Of a DNA stretch of 64,000 bases, positions 25,893 to 39,899 are shown piece by piece. The stretch lies in assembly GCA_053919585.1 (NCBI GenBank), contig CM132809.1; one strand, given 5' to 3'. The stretch's first letter is position 1. Every line of letters starts with the position of its first letter. The translations under genes and the position numbers were made by a program. Below the pieces are notes generated by a model. That model saw nothing but the letters and a program-made list of their open reading frames with translations. It was not told the DNA's origin and searched no databases. This DNA is from Euprymna scolopes (taxonomy: Eukaryota).

Positions 25893-27297
25893 AACCTCGA
25901 AGTACCAACCTTTCGTCCAACCCTTATAAAGAGATCACATCGGAAGCGATAAAAATAAAACTTACACAATTGAAAAATGGAGGCAAAGTCAGGGGTGAAC
26001 AATTATAAAACGGCACGGGGTGTATTAAAAGAACGTATAACCCGTGATATATCGTCCATATTTCAGAACTTGGGACAAAATCAAAACAAGAAAAAAAGAA
26101 AAAAGCGAGTTTTTCCAGAATTTGAATAATCTCCTCTCTGCACTCAAATTTACTATAGTGGAAGAGCAATATGACTCTTTACCCTTTAGTACAACTGTAT
26201 ACAGAAAACCGACATTTACATGCGTGTATATAAGTTGGGATTCTTTTACCCCATACCAGGAGAAAAATCGGTTTGATCAAGACTCTGGTCCACCGTCCCC
26301 TCAAGATTGCTCGACCAGCAAACTTGATAATGAATTGAAGAAGATAGCTGATATTCAAGCGAAAATGTTTTTTCTATAAGGATGTAATCTCTAAGCATGT
26401 TCGCCAATCTCTTGTTCGATTTAATACCAACCCTTCTTTTGGTCCGGCTAAGTGTTCAGTTTATCTTAAACTCCCTTATCTTGGTCCTAAAGGGGTTGTC
26501 GATAAAACTATTCTGGTTGTATCTCACTGTTTCCATGTGCAGCCTTGTGTGGTGTTCGGCACTAAAATTGCCTTGCCATCTTTTAAGAAAAATATACTTC
26601 TCACAGTACAAAAAAGTTTACTTGTATCTCAAGTAAAATTCAGTGTGATGCTGAATATATGGGTTGTACCTTTCAACGGCTGGGTGTTAGATTGGCTCAC
26701 TATGTCCCTGCATGTTTTCAGAAGTCCAGTGTGCCTAGAATAAACACATGGTTCAACGCATCCGGGCGTTCACAGAACACTTCCGGACATTTGCGGAGCA
26801 CATCCGGGCGCTCACCTATTCATGAGTCATCGATTGGTGCGCACTTGTATGACAATTATGCATGTGGTGAAGCGTATTCGGGTGGCTGTTTTCGTATTGC
26901 ACACAAGACCCGCTCAAAACAATATCTCACTATTTTGGAAGCCATAACACTACTAATGCGCAAACCATCGCCCTTTAGGCAAAAAGAGGTTGCCACAGAA
27001 ATTAAACCTGTTTAAAGGGCTCTGATTTACCGGGAAGAGAAAAAATGCCTACATTGAGTCTTTAATGATTATTTCTACAATTATTTGCAGTTAAGTTAAC
27101 GTGTTTTTTATTATTTCGTACCAGGTTCTGACATATTGACGATATATGGTGGGTTATGTATTTAATTCAACCTGGGTAGTTTTACATTTATTTAACCCTT
27201 CTCTGCCCCTCCGTTTTTCAATTGTTTGATTATATATTTTAATCGCTTCCCACGTAATATTTTGACAAGGGTCGGACGAAGGTACCTCGAGGATCTT
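25891..27297 (+). mobile_element. 5'-truncated Penelope-like element with inverted pseudo-LTR
   Basis: RT C-terminus LNNLLSALKFTIVEEQYDSLPF..TTVYRKPTFTCVYISWDSFTP, then GIY-YIG-type QCDAEYMGCTFQRL..SSIGAHL..ILEAITLLMRKPSP. 25891-26090 is a diverged reverse complement of 27100-27297. Confidence 0.9.
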
Positions 27298-27436
27298 TTA
27301 TTTATTTTAGTAAAAGAATCGTTTGCCTTTTTAGTGTCTGCTTGTTTCTCCTTGCACGGATCTTCCCCAACATTCTAATGACTCCAGGTATCCTCTTAAA
27401 AACTGTAATAAAAATTTGTACAACAAAAAAACATTC

Positions 27437-27480
<44 letters not shown>

Positions 27481-28469
27481 TACATGTGTGTGTGTTCGTG
27501 TATCTANNNNNNNNNNNNNNNNNNNNNNNNNNNNNNNNNNNNNNNNNNNNNNNNNNNNNNNNNNNNNNNNNNNNNNNNNNNNNNNNNNNNNNNNNNNNNN
27601 NNNNNNNNNNNNNNNNNNNNNNNNNNNNNNNNNNNNNNNNNNNNNNNNNNNNNNNNNNNNNNNNNNNNNNNNNNNNNNNNNNNNNNNNNNNNNNNNNNNN
27701 NNNNNNNNNNNNNNNNNNNNNNNNNNNNNNNNNNNNNNNNNNNNNNCTTTCTCGGCTGCAGTGTTACTTGCAACAAATACTGTTTTTTTACAATAAGCTA
27801 GAATATTAGGCTGATGAAAANNNNNNNNNNNNNNNNNNNNNNNNNNNNNNNNNNNNNNNNNNNNNNNNNNNNNNNNNNNNNNNNNNNNNNNNNNNNNNNN
27901 NNNNNNNNNNNNNNNNNNNNNNNNNNNNNNNNNNNNNNNNNNNNNNNNNNNNNNNTGTGGTTCTTTCTGTGTATGCCATGACCAAATAAATATTAAGGGC
28001 ATATGTGTGTACACTTCTCCTGGTCAATAATATTAATTCCCATCTTAGGAGAGATTCCAGTATGCGTACTTTCAATATATAGCATTCTTCAAACCACAGT
28101 TACATTATTGAGTTACGGTCATTAACATATCACATTTAATTATATCTATTTAAATAATTACCTTGATAGTATTACTTATTCGACATAATAGCTTAGTTTC
28201 AACTGTAGTAATTCATTTTTTAAGGATTGAGTTTATTTAAATGTCATGTTATATTTGATTTAACTGTTTTTTTCTGAAATCTGAAACCGTTTTATTTTGT
28301 AATAGTTAAGTGGAAAATTGTTTTAAACGGAGCACGTTTTTAAATATTTTCTGTAATAGATTGGTTTGGATTTCGAAATATTCTTCCAAGCTGAATTATT
28401 TTATATTTAATTTGGAGGAATTATTTTATCGCTTATTCTTAATTTTTAATTAACCTTTTTTAATTTGTT

Positions 28470-30580
28470 AGGGAAAATTGATTAAAACTAATGCCCTCCT
28501 TGAATCCTCGCGAGGGCAAGTTAGTCAGATACACATGTGAACAAAATCCATCATCGCCTGCTCTTTTTTGTGTATAAAATTCTATCGGTATTCCCCATGG
28601 TTTTTTTTTAGTAATTATACCATAACAAGTGTGTTTAATTTTCTGCGAAACAGATTTTTTTTTAATAATGTTCTTAATATATTAAATGAAAAATTGTCAT
28701 TTTCTACGGCGTGTCGCAGCGTCGTATAACCCCTAGACAAAATGATCAATGTCAAGTATCTTTGCAACTACTCCAAAAAACTTCAAAATGGCAACTTATA
28801 CTTGTTTTTGCTAGTGCTGAAAACGAATATCCAATTTAAATTTGGGGTAGATAAGTAGTTTTCATGATATGAAAAATTACTTATTCAAAAGTTTGGGGGA
28901 TCATTTTTTTTATATGAATTTAACGTAAAATTGGCGGCCACTTCATAACCACCTAACAATTACTTTATATCATATAACTAATTTAAATGTGATATTTGTT
29001 TTCAGCACCGCCGCGAACCAGCGTTGTGTTTTTTTTTTAAGAGGGTCCTTTAATTTTTCATAATTAAGGACGAAAATAATGCTGCCAGTAAGCTTACTGG
29101 AGCGGTTTTCAAAACTATATCTTTGTTTTTCATTTTTTTTTTAAATAGGTATTCAATTATACAATTTATACAGTTTTTATCACGTGCTTCTTTAGTTTAC
29201 TTAACCGTTTTTTTTCGTATGTAACGTGACGATATTTACCGAGCAGAAGACTTGTATAACATTTCACAGAAAAATCTGTTTACATTAAGGGTGGTGGAGG
29301 CGTTGGTTGTGTTGTGACGGCTGTGCCCGCCACACCACCACCCGCCCCTAATATTAACCGATTTTTTGTTAAATGTCAAACTACAGAGGCACATGTTAAC
29401 ATACTATACAAGTTGTATAATGAAAAAGAACGAAAAACAAATTATGCTTTTGTAAAATTACTTACAGCATAATTAGCATCCTAATTTATGTGATGAAAAA
29501 ACTGAACGAATCTCTTTGTAAAAAAACAGTGCTAATTTCGGGGGAGCTAAAAACGAATATCACAATTACATCTCTTCATTATATTTAGAAATTACTAGGT
29601 GACCAGGAAGTTGTTGCTCATTTTACATTAAATTTATATAGGAGAGTGATCCCCCACTTTTTTGAAAACATACTTTCTTCATATCATAAAAAAGTACTTA
29701 TCTGCCTCAAATTAAAACGCAATATTCGTTTTCAGCACCACCTAAAACAACTAAAAGTCGTCATTTTAAAGATTTGGGGGGAGTTAGAAGGAAACTTACA
29801 TTGATAAAAAAATTAAGACCTGTTATTTGTGACCCAATACGCTTAAAAACTCTTCATAAATAATATGAGATAAGAAATTTTGAAAAAAAATAGCATGTGT
29901 TCGTGAGGGATAACTTGTCTATATAAATTTAACGCAAAATGAGCGCCCACTTCGGGGCAAAAAAAGCGTTCAAGGAGACATGTAATGTCTAGCATGATTT
30001 CAAGTTTGGCGATCGATGGGGGAAACAAAACCCTTACAAATACAACATTTTTTAGGTTTTTGTGGTGGGGGTGCGGGAATTACATTTGAAACATAAAATA
30101 ACGATAAGTTACTTCATATTTTAGAAATCATTCTGTATTTTACCTAAAAAAATTATAAACAGATCGAACCACAATATGTGACAAATTCAATTTTTTGGCG
30201 GGGGAATTTCATTAGAAACATAAAATTACGAAAAATTGTTGTTGGAATTAATTTTTGGTAAATCATTTTTTTTAATTTTTTTTTGCGACCTAACGGATAT
30301 TCGCTGCTATTTTTCTTGAAACAAAAGTTCTAATGACATATTTGTAATAATCTTTTAATTGGGGGAGGATTATTTCCAGTGTTCAACATCTTGAGAATAG
30401 TCTCTTCTCTTTGTAGCCCTTCTGCCGAAATATATGATGGAGAGGGTATCACGTACTTCGTCTTGGGGGCGATTACATTTACATGTTTTAATCCTTTCTT
30501 TTACTTTTGATGTGGGGGTATCACCGTTTTCCACGATGAAAATGATTAGTATACAGGTGGGTTTCAAACAGAACGTCATG
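28470..30580. mobile_element. Copy 1 of a ~1.1-kb unclassified repeat, interrupted by a foldback
   Basis: 28470-28740 plus 29900-30580 align with 38490-38790 plus 38880-39538. Confidence 0.75.
28745..29805. mobile_element. ~1.06-kb degenerate foldback element
   Basis: Arms 28745-29140 and 29420-29805 are diverged reverse complements (GTGCTGAAAACGAATAT vs ATATTCGTTTTCAGCAC; GGGGGATCA vs TGATCCCCC). Inner symmetry centres near 29315. Confidence 0.75.
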
Positions 30581-30855
30581 NNNNNNNNNNNNNNNNNNNN
30601 NNNNNNNNNNNNNNNNNNNNNNNNNNNNNNNNNNNNNNNNNNNNNNNNNNNNNNNNNNNNNNNNNNNNNNNNNNNNNNNNNNNNNNNNNNNNNNNNNNNN
30701 NNNNNNNNNNNNNNNNNNNNNNNNNNNNNNNNNNNNNNNNNNNNNNNNNNNNNNNNNNNNNNNNNNNNNNNNNNNNNNNAATATATGCTTATGCATATGC
30801 ATATGTATATTAATATATGTATATTAATATATATATATATACACCCACCCACCAC

Positions 30856-30936
<81 letters not shown>

Positions 30937-31042
30937 TCATATACTGTTTTAACAAACACCAAGGCTTCAAAAAAATCGGTTATACCAACAAAAAGTGTAT
31001 TTCATCGTTAGTTACAATTGTTTCAAGACAATTTCGACAAAT

Positions 31043-31373
31043 GTGGATAGTCATTAATCCGCGAAGTTTCGAATAAATACTCCCCTTCTAATCAATTATT
31101 TTACTCGTGCGAATCGAAATGTAACCAATTTACTTGGAGTAGGTCTTTTCGGATTTTACCGACGATGGAAACTTTGCCCTTCACAAAACTATCCATTTAC
31201 GTGAAATCACTCTTTTCTTCGTCCTATTCCCTTTGCTTACCTTTTTTTTCATAAAGTAAGATATACGACTCACTTTTAGTTTCATTAAAATCAAAATCCG
31301 ATCCAGCACGTTGCTACATCCTACCCTTTTATGTGAATTATTTCTTGGAAATCCGCGTATAAACACTATCCAC
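31043..31373. mobile_element. MITE-like element with ~35-bp imperfect TIRs
   Basis: GTGGATAGTCATTAATCCGCGAAGTTTCGAATAAATA ... TATTTCTTGGAAATCCGCGTATAAACACTATCCAC. Confidence 0.6.
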
Positions 31374-31529
31374 TTATTTAGTGTTTCCTTTTTAAAATTA
31401 AATATGTTAATTATTCGAAAAATTATGGTATCATGATAATAATACCATATATTGATGACATATTACAAGAAATCCACAGTTATTACTCAAATAACAATTA
31501 ACAGAACCATACGAATTTATGAAACCATT

Positions 31530-32211
31530 TAACCTTTTATTCGCTTTCCTCCATTTTTACTCAAATCAATGAGCTTCCTATCAACAGAGGATGTTAATGT
31601 ATGAACTTGCTGAGGTGTGATTTCAAAAGATACCTTCTTGATTCTCTCCCAAATGTTTTTCTAGGGAATTGATGTCCATTTTCGTAAACCTTTCTCTTCA
31701 TAATCGACCAGAGGTTCTCTATCAGATTCAAATCCGGGCTCTGAGGTTGGCAGTCCATCAGACGTTCACCAGAGACCCCCTCTTGATTTTTCTATTATCT
31801 CGTGGTGAATTCAACTTTGGTCTGCCACTGTTATGCTTTTGTCTTCCAGCTTCGCCGTCAATGACGAAACGTTTAATAGTTCGATGATCTCGTTTCAAAA
31901 TTTCCTAAATTTTCAATGTAGACTTTTTTGCAGCAAGAAATGTAACAAATTCACCCTTCTCCCTATCTGTCAACATTTTTCCTTTAGCCATTATCAATAA
32001 ATTAAGATTACCTACATACACTTTTGTCTCACCTGAGAAATGCAAAATGTCGAACTATTATTAAATGCTGGATTTTATAAAACAATGTAGTAATTGAACG
32101 AACCATAATGGCAACCAGCAAATAATGGAAGAGTCCAAAATGAAAAATGAAGCAAAATTAATAAACAAATTTGGAAGAAAATAGGTTTCCAAACTCTTTT
32201 GACCCCCACTG
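31530..32211 (-). mobile_element. Internally deleted Tc1-like element resembling the TRT (DD37E) family
   Basis: TIR TA|CAGTGGGGGTCAAAAGAGTTTGG at 32211. ATG at 31991 gives MAKGKMLTDREKGEFV..STLKI*EILKRDHRTIKRFV, which is joined to a C-terminal IWERIKKVSFEITPQQVHTLTSSVDRKLIDL. The catalytic domain is deleted and the second TIR was not found. Confidence 0.7.
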
Positions 32212-32659
32212 TATATGTATAAATACATAGGTATTAATATATATATGCACATATATGCATATATATGCATATATATGCGTATATATATATATATGTATAC
32301 AAATATATATATGTAAATATATNNNNNNNNNNNNNNNNNNNNNNNNNNNNNNNNNNNNNNNNNNNNNNNNNNNNNNNNNNNNNNNNNNNNNNNNNNNNNN
32401 NNNNNNNNNNNNNNNNNNNNNNNNNNNNNNNNNNNNNNNNNNNNNNNNNNNNNNNNNNNNNNNNNNNNNNNNNNNNNNNNNNNNNNNNNNNNNNNNNNNN
32501 NNNNNNNNNNNNNNNNNNNNNNNNNNNNNNNNNNNNNNNNNNNNNNNNNNNNNNNNNNNNNNNNNNNNNNNNNNNNNNNNNNNNNNNNNNNNNNNNNNNN
32601 NNNNNNNNNNNNNNNNNAATATATGTGTGTGTATGTATATAGATACAATTAGATATATT

Positions 32660-32697
<38 letters not shown>

Positions 32698-32709
32698 TAT
32701 ATGTATATA

Positions 32710-34346
<1,637 letters not shown>

Positions 34347-35335
34347 TATATAATGTTGCTAGCAACACTATATAAAAAAATCATTAAATTACTGGGTTCA
34401 AACATTAGCGATATATTTTATCTGGATAAACAATAATCTCATCGAGATATTTAAAACATTGTTTAACATGTCATCTTCTAGAAGAGATCATTTTTATTTG
34501 AACAGGGATTATAGTTTCCATGTAAACATTTCAATAGTGGGATCGATGACAATAAACTGCCTTATTTTTCCTGTAAACAGTAATTAATGTTAATTCAATT
34601 ACGCATATGCAAATGTTTTTATAGATGCATTTTCTTTGATTTATTTTGTGCTACTGTTATTTTAAACAGAATGTAATTGCTTGTGGAATAAGGTTTTATT
34701 TATGTATTGAAGTAACAAAAATGTGTGTTCTTGTGGAAAAACAGGGGGATAAGATCATATGAAAGGTGTACGTTTGTTAATAGAGTATCGCTACCAGCTT
34801 GTTTGTCTTTTATTAGCAGTGGTTATTCACAATATATTGGTCCAGCACATCACTGAGGTGGAATTTTTTAGTCGATATTCTCCCTCTCCATCTATTAATT
34901 AAAAACAATATACTAGTAATACCACACACACACAATATAACTCTTAATATATTTCATGCCGTACTCAAATAATCTTATAAGAAAAAATAACTGATAGCAG
35001 GGATGTTATTGTCATATGTGTGTAAGCGATGCAAGACTCTTTGGTATGTCAATTGTTTCTAAGCCAACGTAAGCACGCGAAACTTGCAGACCCCACGAAC
35101 ATTTCTCCTTACACCCCAGAATTAAAAAGATACACGCTATTTACTGCATCGTTTTAGCGCGGGCTTTTCGTTGAGACACTTTCTGGATTCATACGTGCCG
35201 ATATGACTTCGTATAACACTAAGTGTGATGGAGGAGAATAAGGAAGATGTTGAGAGGATTGAGTAAATGGAAAATAAAACTAGCAATACGAGGGAGAATA
35301 TGGCAAGATGTATATTAGTTCCTATTCACCATTAT

Positions 35336-37985
35336 TGTTGTATATTAGTTTATATTGGAGGAGATGATATATTAAAACGTGGCATGTGTTATCTAGTGAA
35401 TGTAAGATATTGTTCTTTTACCAGACAGGCAATGAACTTATACATCCTATGCATGTTTTTTAGCTAGGAGAGCATGCTATTGACGTGTAACTTGAATCAT
35501 GTTGTATGAGACTTATCACATGGAATATTTTTACAGTCCATATGTAAGAAGAATAATATATGCTTCATACCTTTTTTCTTGAAGAGTTCTTCTGTATCTT
35601 CCCGCTGCTCCGTGAGGAACATGAAATGATCAGCATCATTCAATTGAGCCATCAGTTCTTATTTGTGAAACGATTAAAACAATCTCTTTATATTTTTATA
35701 ATATAAATTTATTACAGTTGTCTCAAATAGTGTTCACAGGATCTGCAGTTTGTCTACATTTTCTATTCGTACAGCTCGGTCCCTAGCTGTCTGTCCACCC
35801 TGTCTGCTCTAGTGGTCAATCCACAACTCTCTTAAACCCTCCAAAACTAACTACATCACGTGTTCTCTTACATCACCTAATTACGTGTCTCAGACCAACC
35901 TAATCCACAACTAGTTATTTGTTTATTCAAAACCCCAAACTAATGTTTACATATATTTTCTATTTTCACATTCCTTTTGCGATTCATACGTATATAATTT
36001 CTTCCGCAATTTAATTGTTTATTCTTCTATTTATAATAACTGATCCAGCGACCATCCGTCGCTCAAATCAATTAATAAGAATACAACAACAACAATAATA
36101 ATGTTTTGACCATTGATCCGCTTGCCACAGTTAACAGATACTACGCTATGATCACATCCTAAAGGTTCATAACATTACACTCCTTCCCCTCCTATTTTCA
36201 AAAATGGACGGCATACATATTCCTATACGCACTATTCTCAACTTATTTTTCATACCTGCGAAAATGTCAGATAATATCTCCGCTATGCATTGTCAATATA
36301 TTTTCGTTCTTCTTTATAATAAATATACGGTGCAGACATATGTTTTCTATGTCCCCATCATAAATAATTCATTCGCCCGGACCCTTTTTCACGGCCCATA
36401 TGACATCATTCAGAAATGTGGGTAATGTAACCTCATGTTCGTTAACAGCTGTCACTCAGCCATCCCATGCCAATTCCAATACCAATGCGCCTCCTGCCTT
36501 ATCTCCAAAAAAACTTTGACGACATCTCACGCGACAAATTTCTGACTTCTTTTGTACTACCTTTATTCTCTACCCCTTGAATTCACAATAGGGGAACATG
36601 TTACTTCTAAAGTTCTTCTGTATCAGCGGCATATATTCTACCTGTTTTTTTTACTTCAGATTAACTACATAGTGGCCACGTCACCACTACACTCCGCTCT
36701 TGTGTTGGAAGTTTTGTGACTCCGAAGATTAGACATTTTATTAGCCGAAGCTCACAAACGGCCCTATATGCAAGCTTAATCTATGTGGGGGTGTTCTATC
36801 GCACACCCTCGTTGCAGCTGAAACAAGCCTTTTAAGCGCATAGGTCTGCAGTATTCCCGTCTTTATTGTATGCGAAGAATATGATCTTTCAACCGTAACA
36901 CCGGTCAGCTTAATCAATCTACATACAGACGGTGAGGATAGCATTTTTCATAATCGAAAAACCTATTAAATTCCCCTTGCAGGGTCCTGTTAATCTTTTT
37001 AAAAAAATAGTTAACTGCCTACGTAAATTTAATTGTGCCCCCTCTTACAAATTCTAATTTGACTAGGCCGATCAGTTTATCTTCATCTAATCTTCTGATG
37101 TGATTTTCTTCCTTTTCTTTGTTTAATTAACATTTTTCAGACTTCTGGAAAACAATAATTATACATTATATAATACAATATCAAATCATCAATACACATT
37201 TTTCTTACAATGAACATTAAGTTCTAAGTAATTACATTAAACAACCTTCTTCAGTCCTTAAAACATGTTAAAAATGCTGTTAAATCTGAAAAACAATGTT
37301 CACGATTTACAGAAAATGACCGTTGCTTTTGACCTGAAAAAGAACATCAATTCTTTTTTTAAGCAGTTTAAAACAACCAATGCTCATTTCATCTATAAAC
37401 TTCTGTAACGGTGTAAATATTTCTATCATGATTGACACAATAGAAAACAATTTCATCTGTGCGTGCTCCCATTATATTTCTTACTATCTCTCTCATAGGT
37501 CCATTGTTTTAAACAGAATAACGTAATTCTTTTTTTTCTTCTAATTTTTACATTAAGTGATATGTTTCTTTCTGTTCATAACGAGCTCATTTCTAATACG
37601 ATAAACATTTTTTCTTAACTACTTCCTATATATAAACTCTTACATATCTTTGTCTGTGTGTCTTTCTTTTCTTTTTTTGTGAAAAGGTTGTACGTGTGTA
37701 TTGCTTTTTGTCTATTGTACTTTCTTTTTTTTCTTATTTTTGCCAGACATTTTCTTGTGTTTTATGTGTTTTTCTTGTCTTCATTTTTTCTTGACACGAA
37801 ATCTTCATTCTATTTTCAGGACCTGCTTCCACGTTGTATTTTTCACAACCCAGGTTCGATATCGCATCGTCGATGCGAACTGGTCAACGGACACCAACAT
37901 CAATAGATGTTGTGTATTGGTTTATATTGGAGGAGATGATATATAAAAACGTGACATGCGATATCTAGTGGATGTAAGATACTGA
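35336..37985 (-). mobile_element. Possible very old LTR-retrotransposon relic(s)
   Basis: A ~75-bp direct repeat at 35336-35410 and 37908-37982 ends ACAACA on the minus strand. A PPT-like AGGAGGGGAAGGAG-TGTAATG lies near 36172-36192. Weak CFSCN and NTRAECS (protease-like) peptides are present. Confidence 0.35.
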
Positions 37986-38449
37986 CAACGTACACAATAA
38001 AACAGTACGTTTAATTGTCGCGTTCACTATTTAGTATAATATATATCGTATATATGAAACATGTCGATGATTATGCGTATTATTTGAAATCACGTTTTCG
38101 GTTTGCTTCCCATAACTTGAAGGTTTTATTCAATAAATGTAAGATATTCGCTTTTCTAAGGACGTCCGTATTTTCGAGTAAACCGGCCCAGCGATTAGTG
38201 TTTATTTGTTTAGGCTGTTATGAATTTATGTTGATGTACGCATGCGCAACCGGAAGTCGTAAATCGCGTGTTGGGTTACAGCACCTGAAATAAGGGCATT
38301 GGAGTTTTATAATTATATAGATTGTTGGGTTAACCGTTAATTACACTGTATTTAGTAGTTTTCTTTGGTCATGTAAACTATAAGTACGCCGATATAATTT
38401 ATAAGTTGTTTTTTTTTAAAAAACCTCTCCAGAATACATCATTTTCTCT

Positions 38450-39538
38450 TATTTTTAACGCCGATTACCGAGGAAGGCGGGGGAATGAGGTTAGAAAAAT
38501 AATTAAAACTAATGTCCTCATTTACTAGCGTCCCCACGCGGGCAGATTTAGTCAGACACAGGGCCAATTTCCCATGTGAGCAAAATCCATTAACCGATAT
38601 ATTATCTGCTCCTTTTTGTTTGACTATAAAATTTAATCGCTGCTGTCCACGATTTATTATAATAGTTATACCATAGGAAGTTGGTATCATTGCTTGCGAA
38701 ACATGTTTTCTTTATAATTTATTTCATATCTTAAATTTAAAAATGGTCACTTTTTACGACGTTACCCAGCGTCGTTTAACCTCTAAAAATAGACCTACGT
38801 TCTGGGGGGGATTATTACATTTAAACAGTCTTTATAAATAATATGAAAGAAGAAATTTTGTATAAAATAAAAGAACATCAAAATTTTTCTATATAAATTT
38901 CATGTAAAATGAGCACCCACCATTTGGCCACAAAGCATTCAAATATATTTTTTCAAGTTTGACGATCGAGGGGGAGAAATATTACACATCGACTTTTTTG
39001 TTGTTTTTTTTTTTTTTGGTGGTGGATGAGGGAATTACATTTGAAACATAAATTAACGATAAATTTAATTAATTTATGAAACCATTCTGTACTTCACCTA
39101 ACAAATTTATATAAAAAACGAACCTTAAAATAAGACAAATTCATTTGGAGGGGGGGTCACATTACAAATATAAAATACCATAAAAATTCATTTAATTGTG
39201 TTTCGAAACAAATTTTGGTAGATTTTTTTTTTCGATCGCATTGGGAGTTTGGGCTATTTTTTTTAAACAAATGTTGTAATTATTTATTTTTAATTATTTT
39301 TTTTGTTGGGGGATCTCTCCAGAGCTCAATACCCAGAGCATAGTTTCTTCTCTTTGCAGCCGTTCTGCCGAAATATCTGATGCAGAGAGTATAACATACT
39401 ATTTCTTTTTATGGGCGATTACAGTTGCATGTTTTGATCCGCGCTTTCAGTTGTATTGTGGAGGTATCCACGTTCCACACGATGAAAAAAATTAGTATAC
39501 ATGTGCTTCAAACGGAACATAATAACAACCCAGGAAAC
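38450..39538. mobile_element. Copy 2 (uninterrupted) of the ~1.1-kb unclassified repeat
   Basis: Homologous to the flanks of 28470-30580. Both copies run into an N gap followed by CA/TA microsatellite. Confidence 0.75.
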
Positions 39539-39757
39539 ANNNNNNNNNNNNNNNNNNNNNNNNNNNNNNNNNNNNNNNNNNNNNNNNNNNNNNNNNNNNN
39601 NNNNNNNNNNNNNNNNNNNNNNNNNNNNNNNNNNNNNNNNNNNNNNNNNNNNNNNNNNNNNNNNNNNNNNNNNNNNNNNNNNNNNNNNNNNNNNNNNNNN
39701 NNNNNNNNNNNNNNNNNNNNNNNNNNNNNNNNNNNNNNNNCCACACACACGCACACA

Positions 39758-39797
<40 letters not shown>

Positions 39798-39899
39798 AAT
39801 TTAAAATCATGCGACTTATATTTTTAAAACAATATTTTCAAGATTTACTAATGATGTTTCAATGGCAAACTTGTTGTATTCAAACAAAGAATCATGTAC

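Noticed and set aside
38238-38270. CGCATGCGC and CCGGAAGT (NRF1/ETS-like) promoter motifs
   Set aside because: There is no associated gene, and such words are common inside DNA transposons.
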